64,000 nt of DNA, taken from IMG/VR virus record IMGVR_UViG_3300018050_001510. One strand, given 5' to 3'. Position numbers and translations under genes: made by a program. Below, piece after piece: positions 37,001-44,784 of the stretch; positions within the stretch are counted from its first letter, which is position 1; the number at the start of each line of letters is the position of its first letter. The notes beneath the pieces were generated by a model. That model saw nothing but the letters and a program-made list of their open reading frames with translations. It was not told where the DNA came from and did no database searches. This stretch comes from an uncultured virus (IMG/VR IMGVR_UViG_3300018050_001510) (taxonomy: Duplodnaviria; Heunggongvirae; Uroviricota; Caudoviricetes).

Positions 37001-38822
37001 ACTTCTTAGAAACCTTCTGTCCTTTTATAGTAATAAATTCATCAGCACTCGTTGTTCCTTGGGCTTTCTGTTCTTTTGTTTGTGGAGCAAGTTTTTCTGA
37101 ACGTTGTTTAGCAGCTTCTTTATTGTAAGCTAATGATTCTAATTCAGTAGCTAATTGATCTGAAGTAATTTTATTTTTTGCAACTTTATCATACAAACGA
37201 ATATAACCATTCATTTTTTTATCAAACTCTTCACGATTACCAGTAGCCTTACCTTTTTCAATAATCGTTTCCATTTCACTACTTAATTGAGCAGTAATAG
37301 CTTTAGATTTGTCTTTACGAACTTTATATGATTTACTTAAAACAGGATTATCAACAAGCATTCTTGCTCCTTGTAATTCTTCTGTGTTTTTAATTGTATT
37401 TTCTGTTTGATATAACTGATACAATTGATAATTTGAAATGCCATCCATTAAAGGAATTCCTTTAGTAGAAACAGCAAACTTATACATATCATCAATGTAT
37501 GTATTTATTTTTAAAGCTTCATCCTGAGTATAATCTCCATTTGCTTGACTTTTTAAAACCATTCCTTTTAATGCACTAACATTTTTTGATGAACCTTTTT
37601 CAACATCAGTTTTTACAATGTTATATGCTGATTCTCCTTGAATTCCACGACCTAAAAGTTTTGCATTAAAAAATGTTCCACCACCGCCCATAGAACCTCC
37701 AACAAGTCCACCAATTAAACCTCCTTCAACAGCTTTTAAAAACGTATCCCAAGAACCAATACCTGGACCTTGAAATTTATTTTTTTCATTTGCTAAAGTA
37801 GCATTCCACATTTCTTTTGCACCTTCTTCAATATAAGTTTGTGCAAATTCTTGTGTGCCTTCAACAGCCATACCTTCAAAAATTTTTGGACCATAAGCCC
37901 TCATTTTATTAGCATAACCTTTTAATGAAACAGGAATTGTATTAGTTAATGTTTCTGCAGTAAGACCTTTTTTTGAAGCTTCAAGTAAAGTTTCACGAAC
38001 TGATTCTCTAGCGGCTTTTTGAGAAATAGGTTTTGAAATACTATTACCAATCCATTCTAAACCTACAACTTCAGTTGTAGAAATTAATCCAGCAACAGAC
38101 ATTGCATATCTCATTGCATCACCTGGTTCAATTCCAGCGGCTCTTGCTTCATCATAAACCATTGGGTACATTTGAGCAGTACCTGTCATAAATCCACCAA
38201 CACGAGTACTCCATTTAGAAGTATTTACAGCTTTATTTACAACATCTAATGCTCTTACTCCTTGCCCCGCTTTTGCTATTGTAGAAGCACCACCAGCTAA
38301 TTTACTAGCTGCACCGCCACCAAGCATTATTGTAGCAACAGTACCAATACCATTACCAAATCCAGCCCATAATCCCGCAATTCCACCGCCACCAAAAATT
38401 CCTTTTTGACCAGCATCAGAATAATTTATTTCTAATCCATCAGCCCACTTATCTACATTGTTTACCCATTTATCAGCCCAACTACCTTCACCAGCACCAG
38501 CCATTAATCCTATAGCACCCGGAAGAGCAGTAATACCTTCTACAGCTTGTACACCAGCATTGTAAAAGCCACTCATAAAATCCATTAAAGCACCTTGATT
38601 ATTTAAACCACGTTCTTGAACAAAATCTTCTGAAAAACCAAATTGCATTCCTGGCATTTCTCTTTGAATAACATCACGCATAGCCATAAGCTCTACGTCA
38701 TTGCTAATCATATTTTGATTCATTTGTTGTTCAACACGAGCTTGTTCAGGACTTGTTTTTAATCCTTGATAATATGTACCAGTATTTAATACTGGTAAAC
38801 CATTTTCATTTTGTTCTATCAT
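28083..38822 (-). CDS. virion-packaged RNA polymerase polyprotein (crAss-like vRNAP) with ParB-like and zincin-like domains
   Basis: IVRVP...AGADNDGDK catalytic DxDxD (30729-30743); IIHEYAH (34602-34616); IIDGHHRY (~36615-36645); 3579 aa in the late region. Confidence 0.85.
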   Translation of the reverse strand: MIEQNENGLPVLNTGTYYQGLKTSPEQARVEQQMNQNMISNDVELMAMRDVIQREMPGMQFGFSEDFVQERGLNNQGALMDFMSGFYNAGVQAVEGITALPGAIGLMAGAGEGSWADKWVNNVDKWADGLEINYSDAGQKGIFGGGGIAGLWAGFGNGIGTVATIMLGGGAASKLAGGASTIAKAGQGVRALDVVNKAVNTSKWSTRVGGFMTGTAQMYPMVYDEARAAGIEPGDAMRYAMSVAGLISTTEVVGLEWIGNSISKPISQKAARESVRETLLEASKKGLTAETLTNTIPVSLKGYANKMRAYGPKIFEGMAVEGTQEFAQTYIEEGAKEMWNATLANEKNKFQGPGIGSWDTFLKAVEGGLIGGLVGGSMGGGGTFFNAKLLGRGIQGESAYNIVKTDVEKGSSKNVSALKGMVLKSQANGDYTQDEALKINTYIDDMYKFAVSTKGIPLMDGISNYQLYQLYQTENTIKNTEELQGARMLVDNPVLSKSYKVRKDKSKAITAQLSSEMETIIEKGKATGNREEFDKKMNGYIRLYDKVAKNKITSDQLATELESLAYNKEAAKQRSEKLAPQTKEQKAQGTTSADEFITIKGQKVSKKFVDDNNFEDVMNDVKKNVVDQTDEAIKEKGKKELEAKYGISYDALAEMYDDMPTAEKEWNDAKQKKAEPKVITAPIENFVPTEDLKTKDEKIVDEIVESIKAGKEIESIETIETNDGKQHIIDGHHRYLAYKKAGIKNIPFKEASKESIEKWEEKNNSYKDASDSSLDMAIKKLSETKNRTSEEDFFLSQAKEEKARRDKKKNVAPKNKYSDLVDKTVSEKELDAITDQATKENLYTPELMNEIAKKRESFKEKNDNLKSLSEEELTEKIFEKEKEIYNLGAEPNVFKLTQKTKELNELKNERDSRNKKIKPKEEIKSIEETVGKKVNYRGQEGTLIKEDDGTYGVEVGNRIYDLGKDGKQTLSGLGITETVEVKKETVVQKKRSSRKKQKQYSVKVTDENTVEVDGEQYQIQTDEKGNIISLKNDKRTIRQEQALVDAEIQRNRLDLQKEIPETIEQVNEQIVEQGVSKKEINDIDSMMEAGLTNQLASLLNEGIPENISEFNTEFIPEDLLEELKAYIKAKLIRINQSYPNSDYAQAIKETLIELQKQIITEYENEFEQSETETPTENKTESTEQITEKEFDEKRDEIVKNIQGFGVDVDYFEDMPKVLVNTMDRIDSNIPVDPQALKESSDYLYNKYQDFILMKSNPERMLTIEQINNIISQLEEDITKIDNYLTEQKTNDSQPSLQNESVDNPQLDMFPSDKKLKQLIKPNEKVKPKEQREFTSQSSIDTLISENPELYSRILMHFQKIFPGVPVRQLKEALRKAGPRTIGRLIEGVIEIDPKNARQSTIIHEYAHIFVELLGKDHPWVKAGLKTVEGTLYDQWAKETYPDKTREEQLEEALVQAIAETSLDSLNRNFNNGMLGKFMDWLSRFWNKVKALFPKTLAPDVIKLLSDTMTFANQSINVPIGRLAGTNAEMRINTDQKSLMDVGVNSMMLRRIEMMYNNDYIGQDINPRDPSVYYHFALSELRKTFEREFKDDPKGTIQGFNNINYVPTGDEVKDQNAFNMAFMSANPQVNERLSRAATNIANSNTEIKFDEDGKDVIAKDSASAVKRLRALNDTITSVINSLVDDEGHLIGKDNVTKYITDINQQGYDLVELINEDARNNGTIESVRLSELFKELENTPDVRQSFITELHSLAQEKSNAHIIENKETVIFRSPNEAELESGEYSEGDTVKDTVMLPRVFSKIQNKNEKITSAVTDVMNQLKEFKSDFKTYFNEVISKVEKYFLIKDNGIMEIRPKDKFLPKDKQLEPLKYYDKNGLTDTQIEEVYDYLENNFKEFIQAINDILASSQIKITPEYINNNLLGKIPAGLKESNPLEYKRQVIQKKTNMMSDILRVVKNVNRYNGEKPDIQSYIKGIVEASDSISELSAGFISVTGANKPSISLGDYLSDISRLIRTNLKHQAEMLKNKLYKNNPIVKKIIEGKFGYQILDGVDNIETNKSREYGKFTETDMLLNALINYSVGSETEYQQNPMINADRDMMFTVSATRYTTDEQLKNELNNIKSNLQELLDKSKNKAKTIETIKNTSLFDVVNGKVLSPYDKGVYSRNDLIKNSIDSIKQVLKNTNMEQTFTAMFMNKNSTLDYKKTVDGKVVPNIEKIIGHFLLNDTINRIYATDILIGQMADYKNTFDVIKRAGGATSNGTLVQVPDVMVIVLDTEGLSDSMSINGSHFADFIKQMIGELDTVGLNMKDVVFQVQPDGKSLFLKMSSLNTFRKGDTTSLAELNGNTDSEFNYKNIGDAIIKLENLIEQKTGKKQKIKIVDSKAVKGTQQVSKENIMTLKDFMANVNNGNVDAINKTSMTTDFNGYRIPFNMTKNISEKEIDKQKSVASTQLLKILQSFSTNEDNTAFENSIVETLLSNLGVPNGEGISKSDTYKDLNSKTNFIKKMLDDSGDRKDSQITKLMREIVKWNETIQAQLNDAYKIKNDKNSTEQQIKDANQKISELNDEFAYTADHPKMKHIMEQMVASSLHRDGIRLEIPGQYLHNIPNYSSDLKWYRNENGKQEFPEVGMPWSMFGKTREEAEENLKNNPSLRDVSIVRVPASGPMSAFRGRVKYLIDGDSNTCILPKEFMDKAGADNDGDKTFVYRRDIDKSGTTKDSAANKIVDFFLNQMSKPEYIEQAQTSVDSNEFKEFLEQAELYNDNSYTVSNPVDMATTQSKMNFAQDGIGVAAVGMKMMNVLSQVGAKLKSPIGFNYEFDGKNRKFSTNKYLSDFTRKQFKDMALFVQAIVDMIKDPYILGMGVNQNNLGVASLLLQLGVDNKSITGFLTDPAIVRYQKMVDESNNIYSTNYSKSPKTILEEYVKKMEGKDISNQRTKAVLFEAGLTEPIFDSLPPGTYQFNGKSYNVYAVTVDGKTGYKRAELISGEEQKDLDIIKKFVELQAIASDVFDLSSIVQMDGSLPNSSFEARQKFEKMESIKKGNSKINTGTFFERPLFNHYYNVLKAENDLYKNRFITNIDEINSINDEIKTNFKMPEDKIKKQIDRVFLNILFQKFMNKEFQRIKRVLGISVKPIENSKQFINRLSSMVNIAQKMAKGKEFDVLDSSGEPMVAGDIGFNEISNVIKENNSDTGKLKRVALEWQNSGNIAFEELVPALNKNIEFLETLPADIKAIGDNLFIQSLQVETKTNKSGEQITLIKPRNDYYSASQTYREMVQKAFTELPMPVQLELLQYQILRHGISDARGTLFDMIPYRDLKNTQIGLDLSKFMKYNTVKHNKIKDKNAFGKSFLTKNMPILKKNAILSLQSKLNNFRLNEKVYSKYADSKGNIRLKSLMNSSQMRDFGSGQYSNEQLLELVGKTISSMDYKSFFNFANANNPTSFNLTIDGKKIAYEVNMEAIKSWLESAPRDANGSLTESMPVTISPIDQGSFEQTENYTKYDLMEENTVPNTEKTEPTQPSTSIQGSTESAPKVTEQMTFAKAMIEQNPYKQWTENSKGLIARGWTMQDFVNSPSEVRNNALKCI

Positions 38823-40354
38823 TTTCTTTTTCCTGTTTCAATTAAACCTTGAGTAGTATTGTTTGCATTCATAGTACCATTATTATAATAATCTCCTACC
38901 ATTTGTTGTTGTTGTATATTGCCCATACTTGGAGCAGTATATTCATGTTTAGAATTAACAAGCATTCTTTTCTTATTAATACCTTGAACAGAAGATGCAT
39001 CATTTAAAAATTCAGTAATAGGTACATAAATTTTACCTGTATAAACACCACCACCAATATTTGTATTTGTATATGTAAATCCTCTACTTTGACCTAAAGT
39101 AGAAATATAATCTACACCTAAAGTAGAAGTTGAAATTCCTTCATGATGTGTGTCATCATCACCAATAGTAGTTAATTCAACACAAGGTTGTCCATTTATT
39201 TTTACATAACGAGTATAATCTAAAACATAAAGAGCATTTACAGCTGAAGGATCAACTTTTTCTCCATTTTGAAAGAAATAAGTTTTATTTGGATCTGCTT
39301 TATATTTTTGTCCAGCAGGAACAGAACCATCAGAATCTTCAGTTGCAGGATTTAAACCAATCATTACATCGATTAATTTATTTGTTTTCATATCGGGTTC
39401 AATAGGCCGTACTTCTCCATCAGACATTTGAAGTAATGAAGTAGCCCATTGGTTGCCCATTTGATTTTCCTGACTTGCAGCCATATCAGCTCTCATTTTT
39501 TGTTCAACAGTCATTCTACTTGTAGTAGCATTCATACGATTTGTTTGAGCATTATAAGCATTCAAATTGTAATCATCCATATCTTTTGCTCCCCATCTCC
39601 AAACTTCACCACCTTGATTAACCATATCTGTATAATTTTTTGATAATTGTGTAGCTTGTTCTTTACTTACTCCTTTACCAATAGCTGCTGTATAAATTTC
39701 CGAAGCAGTTACAATATTTTTTGTAGAGTAAGGATTAGTATGGTCTTTCATTGTTGCTTTAAAATCCATCATGCTTATATCAGCAGGTTTTTCTGCACCA
39801 TTAAATTGTAACTGGTCAATCTTACCTTCTTTAAACATTTTATATTGGTCTTCAAAACTTACTTGTTTAGGAACAACTTTTTTTTCTCCAGTAATAGGAT
39901 CGACAACTTCCGATTCCATCATTAAAGGTTTTACATACATTCCTTTACTAGATGCATCCAAAAATAAACCAAGATTCATCTTGTTAGTGATTGCATTTTT
40001 AACTTCTTTTGATTGTAATACAGAATTACGATAATCAGATAAATCTGAAATACCACCTACATTAACATATCTTTTTAAATCACCATTGTATTTAGCAACA
40101 CCGGCATAAATCTTTTTGCGAGCATCAGCCTCAATAGCTTTAACTCTGTCTTGGTCTTCAGTAAGAACATCCATGTTTGCAAGAGTATCAAACATTTCAG
40201 TCATACGAGCTTCAGTTTCTTGACGTTGCTTTAAATCATTATCTAAAGCAGCACGATGTCTTTCTAAAGCTTGAGTATTAACCTGTTGGTCAGCACGTTT
40301 TGATTGCCAATCATCTTTATATCTAAGTGCGGAATAAAGTCCAAAATCTGCCAT
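38819..40354 (-). CDS. ejection/cargo protein
   Basis: position between cargo genes and vRNAP; AYNAQTNRM motif. Confidence 0.65.
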   Translation of the reverse strand: MADFGLYSALRYKDDWQSKRADQQVNTQALERHRAALDNDLKQRQETEARMTEMFDTLANMDVLTEDQDRVKAIEADARKKIYAGVAKYNGDLKRYVNVGGISDLSDYRNSVLQSKEVKNAITNKMNLGLFLDASSKGMYVKPLMMESEVVDPITGEKKVVPKQVSFEDQYKMFKEGKIDQLQFNGAEKPADISMMDFKATMKDHTNPYSTKNIVTASEIYTAAIGKGVSKEQATQLSKNYTDMVNQGGEVWRWGAKDMDDYNLNAYNAQTNRMNATTSRMTVEQKMRADMAASQENQMGNQWATSLLQMSDGEVRPIEPDMKTNKLIDVMIGLNPATEDSDGSVPAGQKYKADPNKTYFFQNGEKVDPSAVNALYVLDYTRYVKINGQPCVELTTIGDDDTHHEGISTSTLGVDYISTLGQSRGFTYTNTNIGGGVYTGKIYVPITEFLNDASSVQGINKKRMLVNSKHEYTAPSMGNIQQQQMVGDYYNNGTMNANNTTQGLIETGKRK

Positions 40355-40394
40355 AATTAATTTTATTAACTTCTTGTTTTTTTATTCGATTGAT

Positions 40395-43300
40395 TTAATT
40401 TTTTTCCCATCCTTTTTCGTATTGTTCACTTACTCGTTTTTTTACTTCATTATCTAAAGCCTTTAATAACCTTTCTTCTTTACGTTTAGGATATTTTTTA
40501 GCAATAATATCAGCTATATCTTTTTTGTGATAATCTGTCTTTATTATTCCCTGATAAACTTTTTCTTTAATTTCATTATCCATTTTGTCAGTCCTTAGAC
40601 CTAAATCAAGTTCTACATCTTTTTCTTTTTTTAAATCTTTTACTGATTTTTTAATATCAGCATCAGTTTTATCATTAACAACAGGGATTTCAGAATCTTT
40701 AATTACTTCTGAATTATCATCAGTTCCTGTATCAGTTCCTAATTCTTTATTTAACCAATCATAAGTAGGTGCGTTTTCACCAGAACCAATAAAATCTTGT
40801 GTTTCTTTATCAAATTGCGTGTCAGCCCATGTTTCTTGTTCGGCCACTAATTTATCTAATAATTCCTTACGCTTTTCTTTTACTAAATTAATCTTTGCTT
40901 TTGTTATTAAATTTGCTTCTTCATTGTCTGAATTTGCCATTTGAGAATTAAGGTCAGCAATTTGCGTATCTAATTTTTGAGTAATCATTTCTTTTGATTT
41001 TGTAAACTGTGGAGTATTTACAACTGAACTATAAATAGGTTCACCTTTTTGAGCCATTGCTTTTATTTGGTCAACATTCATACCATTAGCAAATGGTCCT
41101 GTTTTAGATTGTGAAGCAATTTGTTCAGGAGTCATTGCAGTCATTGAACTTTGACCAACAATTCTTGTTCCATCAGGACTTAATTCTTGACTTGTTATAT
41201 TATTAATAATTCCAGAATTATATTCATTCATTGATTCGGGAGAATATAGTTGCTCGTTAGCTTTTTCAGGTAATGGTTTATAATCTGAACCTTCTGCAGT
41301 AATTACAGAAGCAGAATTTGCTCTATCTAATTCTTGTTGGTTTTTTGTAATTTCATCTTCTATAAATCTAGCTGAACGATCACGCATATTTGCTGAAGCA
41401 TCTTTTAATGCTTGATTATCTAAAGCAACATTTTCAGTTAAATACTTTTGATATTCATACATTTGAGAACCTTTACCATAAGCATTTTCAAATTGATTTC
41501 TATCACCAATATTTGTTAAAGCATCGGCAACAAGTCCAGCACCCGCTGTCTTGTCCATCATTGCTTGATTATAAGTATTTTGAAATTGATTTACATTTAT
41601 TTGTTCATTAGCACTGGCAGCAGTTGCAAATTGACTCCAATTTTGATTACGCATTAAAGCATCTTGTGCTGCAATTTTCATATTTCCTTCTTGGAAAGTA
41701 TTGGCGGCACGACCAAGGTTAGCCATAGCATTACCCGCTGAACCACCCGCAAGACGAGCAATATTTTTTACATCGTAAGCATATCCAAGTTCGTTTTGTG
41801 ATTGATAATAATCTTTTACTTGTGGAAGCATACCCATATCTTTACGAGCAGTAGCATCATTAATATATTTTTGAAACTCATCGGTTTGTTTATATGTAGG
41901 AAGTTCTTTATTTGCCCCTTTCATACCAATAACTACACGAGCTAAATCCATACCATAACCAAGAGCATCACGCTTTGGTTGTGCATCTGGAGCATATTCA
42001 AACTCTTTTTCTTTATAATTTTTTAAAGTATCAAGAGTAGCTTTATCTTCATCAATCTTTTTTTGAAGCGCTTCTTTATCTGTAGGTTTATTTTTAAATA
42101 TTACTTCACCACCTTCAGTATAAGTCATGTCATTAGCAATACCTTTTTCATCAACAACAGCAGAAGTATTTGGTCCACCAACAGCCTCAGCAGTTCCAGG
42201 AGTAGTAGTAGAAACCCTAACAGAAGCACTTCCACTACTACTTGTGCCATCAGGATTTTGTCCATTGGCATAATTTGAATTACCATCTATTCCTTTTATT
42301 TCTTTAGACCAATTATCAAATTGTTTTTTTAACTCTTGATATCCACTAGGACTTCCCCAATCAAAATTAGTTTTATTTGTTTCATTAATAAAAGTTTGAT
42401 GTTCATTAATAGTAGATTCAATTTTTTGTCGTTCAGGATCATCAGGCTTTAAAGTAGCCATTTTAACTTTTAATTTTTTAATTTCTTTTTCACTATTGTT
42501 TTTTTGATTTTCTTCAAACTTTGTTTTTATAGGAATAAAAAAATCATTATTAAGATCGTTAAAAATATCTTCTTTTTCTTGACCTGAAGCTAAATCTAAA
42601 TTCATAATAGATTGCATAGCTTCTATATCTGCTTCTGTTACTTTTTCAGTATTAATTTTTTCATTTACATATTTAGCTTCTTCTTTATAAATTTTATTAA
42701 ATCTTGCATTTTCACCTGAATGATAACTTAATGATCCATCTTTATCTCTAGGAATTTTATAATGATGGTCGGTATCATCACTAAAAATATATCCACCATA
42801 ACCAATAGGAACAAATTGACTGTCTTTGTCAATTTTATATTGCTTAATTGTTCCATCAATTAATTTAACCTTTATATTTTTTGTTTTACCATCATCATTT
42901 ATTTTTTCAGATAATAATTCTGTTTTATTTGTATTACTCATAGTTTTATTATTTTCTAATCCTTTTGAATCAACAATTGGTTTATTATCTGAAACAGTTA
43001 CAGATTTATTTTCTGAAACAGTTACAGGTTTATTTTTTTCAGCAGGAGGAATATCAGTAAGTTTTTTTGAAGCTAAATCTACAGGTACACCACTAAATTC
43101 TTCACTTCCAATTGAAGGAATACGCATTCCAAAATTACCATTTTCATCTTGATTAATGCTATACAAATTACCTTCTTCATCATATTTAAATATAGGTTTT
43201 TGAGGACTATGTGTATATGATTTTTCAACACCATCACTTGTTTTATATTTAATACGATAAGTGTCAGGTCCACCACCATTTTTTTTTGGGTCTAAATATG

Positions 43301-44084
43301 TAACAGAAATAATTTCAGTTTTAGCTTTTTTATTAGTTACTTTTTTTGATTCTGGTTCAGGTTTTGACTCAGTAACTATTTTATCAGCAACCTTAGTTTC
43401 TATTTTATCAGCAACCTTAGTTTCTATTTCTTTATTAGCAGTAGTTATTTCTTTATTAGCAGTAGTCTTTGAATTATTTACAATGTCAGAATTAACTTTT
43501 AAATCTCCCGCAAATTTGCCATACTTTTCAGCATTTGATTTAAAAGCTTCATTACCAGTTGAATTGACACTTTTAACTGTGCCATCAACAGTTTTCATTA
43601 TTTCATTTACAGTATTAATACCACTATTCTCACCTTTTTGTTGATAAAGAGCATCCTTATTAATATCATTTGTAATAGACCAAACATATTTAGCTTTACT
43701 TACATAATTAGGGTCAGTAGCATAACCACCCGCATGTATTAATGTTATTTGTTCTTCAGCGTTTTTTGCTTTTAATGATTTAGCATAATTAGGACTTGTA
43801 GTAATTAATTTAACATAACTATCTAATGAATCTTCAAATGAATTATTAGTTATAAAACTAGCATTTTCAGTGCCCATTTTACCATTTTTAAATTCTTTTG
43901 TAGATTGAATTTGGCCTTTACCTTTAATACCAAAAAAATTATTTCCAGGAGCGTATTGACCCCAACCAGTTTCAATAGCCATTTGCGCCATTACTGTTTC
44001 AGGATAAATACCTGTTCCATTTACCCTTTTTGCTACAATTGGGTAATACTTTTTATAAAACTCTTTAGGGCTTAACTTAGGCAT
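40395..44084 (-). CDS. ejection protein with N-terminal FlgJ/GH73 glucosaminidase domain (ATG 44084; track start 44111)
   Basis: AQMAIETGWG...NNFFGIKG...GYATDPNY. Confidence 0.82.
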   Translation of the reverse strand: MPKLSPKEFYKKYYPIVAKRVNGTGIYPETVMAQMAIETGWGQYAPGNNFFGIKGKGQIQSTKEFKNGKMGTENASFITNNSFEDSLDSYVKLITTSPNYAKSLKAKNAEEQITLIHAGGYATDPNYVSKAKYVWSITNDINKDALYQQKGENSGINTVNEIMKTVDGTVKSVNSTGNEAFKSNAEKYGKFAGDLKVNSDIVNNSKTTANKEITTANKEIETKVADKIETKVADKIVTESKPEPESKKVTNKKAKTEIISVTYLDPKKNGGGPDTYRIKYKTSDGVEKSYTHSPQKPIFKYDEEGNLYSINQDENGNFGMRIPSIGSEEFSGVPVDLASKKLTDIPPAEKNKPVTVSENKSVTVSDNKPIVDSKGLENNKTMSNTNKTELLSEKINDDGKTKNIKVKLIDGTIKQYKIDKDSQFVPIGYGGYIFSDDTDHHYKIPRDKDGSLSYHSGENARFNKIYKEEAKYVNEKINTEKVTEADIEAMQSIMNLDLASGQEKEDIFNDLNNDFFIPIKTKFEENQKNNSEKEIKKLKVKMATLKPDDPERQKIESTINEHQTFINETNKTNFDWGSPSGYQELKKQFDNWSKEIKGIDGNSNYANGQNPDGTSSSGSASVRVSTTTPGTAEAVGGPNTSAVVDEKGIANDMTYTEGGEVIFKNKPTDKEALQKKIDEDKATLDTLKNYKEKEFEYAPDAQPKRDALGYGMDLARVVIGMKGANKELPTYKQTDEFQKYINDATARKDMGMLPQVKDYYQSQNELGYAYDVKNIARLAGGSAGNAMANLGRAANTFQEGNMKIAAQDALMRNQNWSQFATAASANEQINVNQFQNTYNQAMMDKTAGAGLVADALTNIGDRNQFENAYGKGSQMYEYQKYLTENVALDNQALKDASANMRDRSARFIEDEITKNQQELDRANSASVITAEGSDYKPLPEKANEQLYSPESMNEYNSGIINNITSQELSPDGTRIVGQSSMTAMTPEQIASQSKTGPFANGMNVDQIKAMAQKGEPIYSSVVNTPQFTKSKEMITQKLDTQIADLNSQMANSDNEEANLITKAKINLVKEKRKELLDKLVAEQETWADTQFDKETQDFIGSGENAPTYDWLNKELGTDTGTDDNSEVIKDSEIPVVNDKTDADIKKSVKDLKKEKDVELDLGLRTDKMDNEIKEKVYQGIIKTDYHKKDIADIIAKKYPKRKEERLLKALDNEVKKRVSEQYEKGWEKN
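43377..43466. repeat. in-frame tandem repeats: 24 bp x2 then 21 bp x2
   Basis: TATTTTATCAGCAACCTTAGTTTC x2 (43377-43424); TATTTCTTTATTAGCAGTAGT x2 (43425-43466). Confidence 0.9.
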
Positions 44085-44085
44085 A

Positions 44086-44778
44086 TTATAAATAATTATC
44101 TGTTTGTACAATCGTATTATTTGCAGTGAGATTTTTTAACTCTCTGTCATCTTCTTTCAAAAAACTGTCGCTAGCAACAATACTATTTCCAATCGCACCA
44201 AAAATATTTCCAGACATCATATTTCCAATAGCACCTTTTGCTCCTGTATTTCCAGCAACTTTTTCATTCAATTTATTTAACTCACCTTTTAATCCAGCTT
44301 CATCACCAAGCAAATTAGAAATAAAACTTGTTTTTGGATCAACACCTAAATCTCCTGTTAATTTTTCAGCACCTCCAAGAATAGCATTAAATCCAGCTTT
44401 TGCTTCTGCACCACCACCAAGTAATTTAGTAATTGCAGAACTACCTTTACTAAGTAAATTTGCTCCTGGAACAGTAGCTTTAGCAACTTGAAAAGCAAGT
44501 GCAGCTTTTGACCATCCCATAGCTGTAGCTTCATCTTGGGTTGCTTTCATAATATCTTTAGATGTTCCATCAGCTACACTAGTAGCAATACGATGACGCA
44601 TACCAGCGCCAGTATCAATAGGATTCATGGCCATTATTTTTCCCCAACCATTTTGTTCTCCTAAAGCATTGTAACCAAGCAGAGCCATCATGCCTTTACC
44701 TTCACCACGTTTGGTTTGAGTAAGATTATCGTATCTCTGTTGCTTACTTAATTGTTGATTATCTTCAAATAAAGCCAT
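44086..44778 (-). CDS. Gly/Ala-rich ejection (membrane-spanning cargo) protein
   Basis: composition and position after the tail stabilisation gene. Confidence 0.6.
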   Translation of the reverse strand: MALFEDNQQLSKQQRYDNLTQTKRGEGKGMMALLGYNALGEQNGWGKIMAMNPIDTGAGMRHRIATSVADGTSKDIMKATQDEATAMGWSKAALAFQVAKATVPGANLLSKGSSAITKLLGGGAEAKAGFNAILGGAEKLTGDLGVDPKTSFISNLLGDEAGLKGELNKLNEKVAGNTGAKGAIGNMMSGNIFGAIGNSIVASDSFLKEDDRELKNLTANNTIVQTDNYL

Positions 44779-44784
44779 AAAAAT

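Noticed and set aside
43377..43466. Tandem repeats as possible CRISPR or DGR repeats
   Set aside because: No spacers, unit lengths are multiples of three within coding sequence, and no reverse transcriptase or cas gene is present
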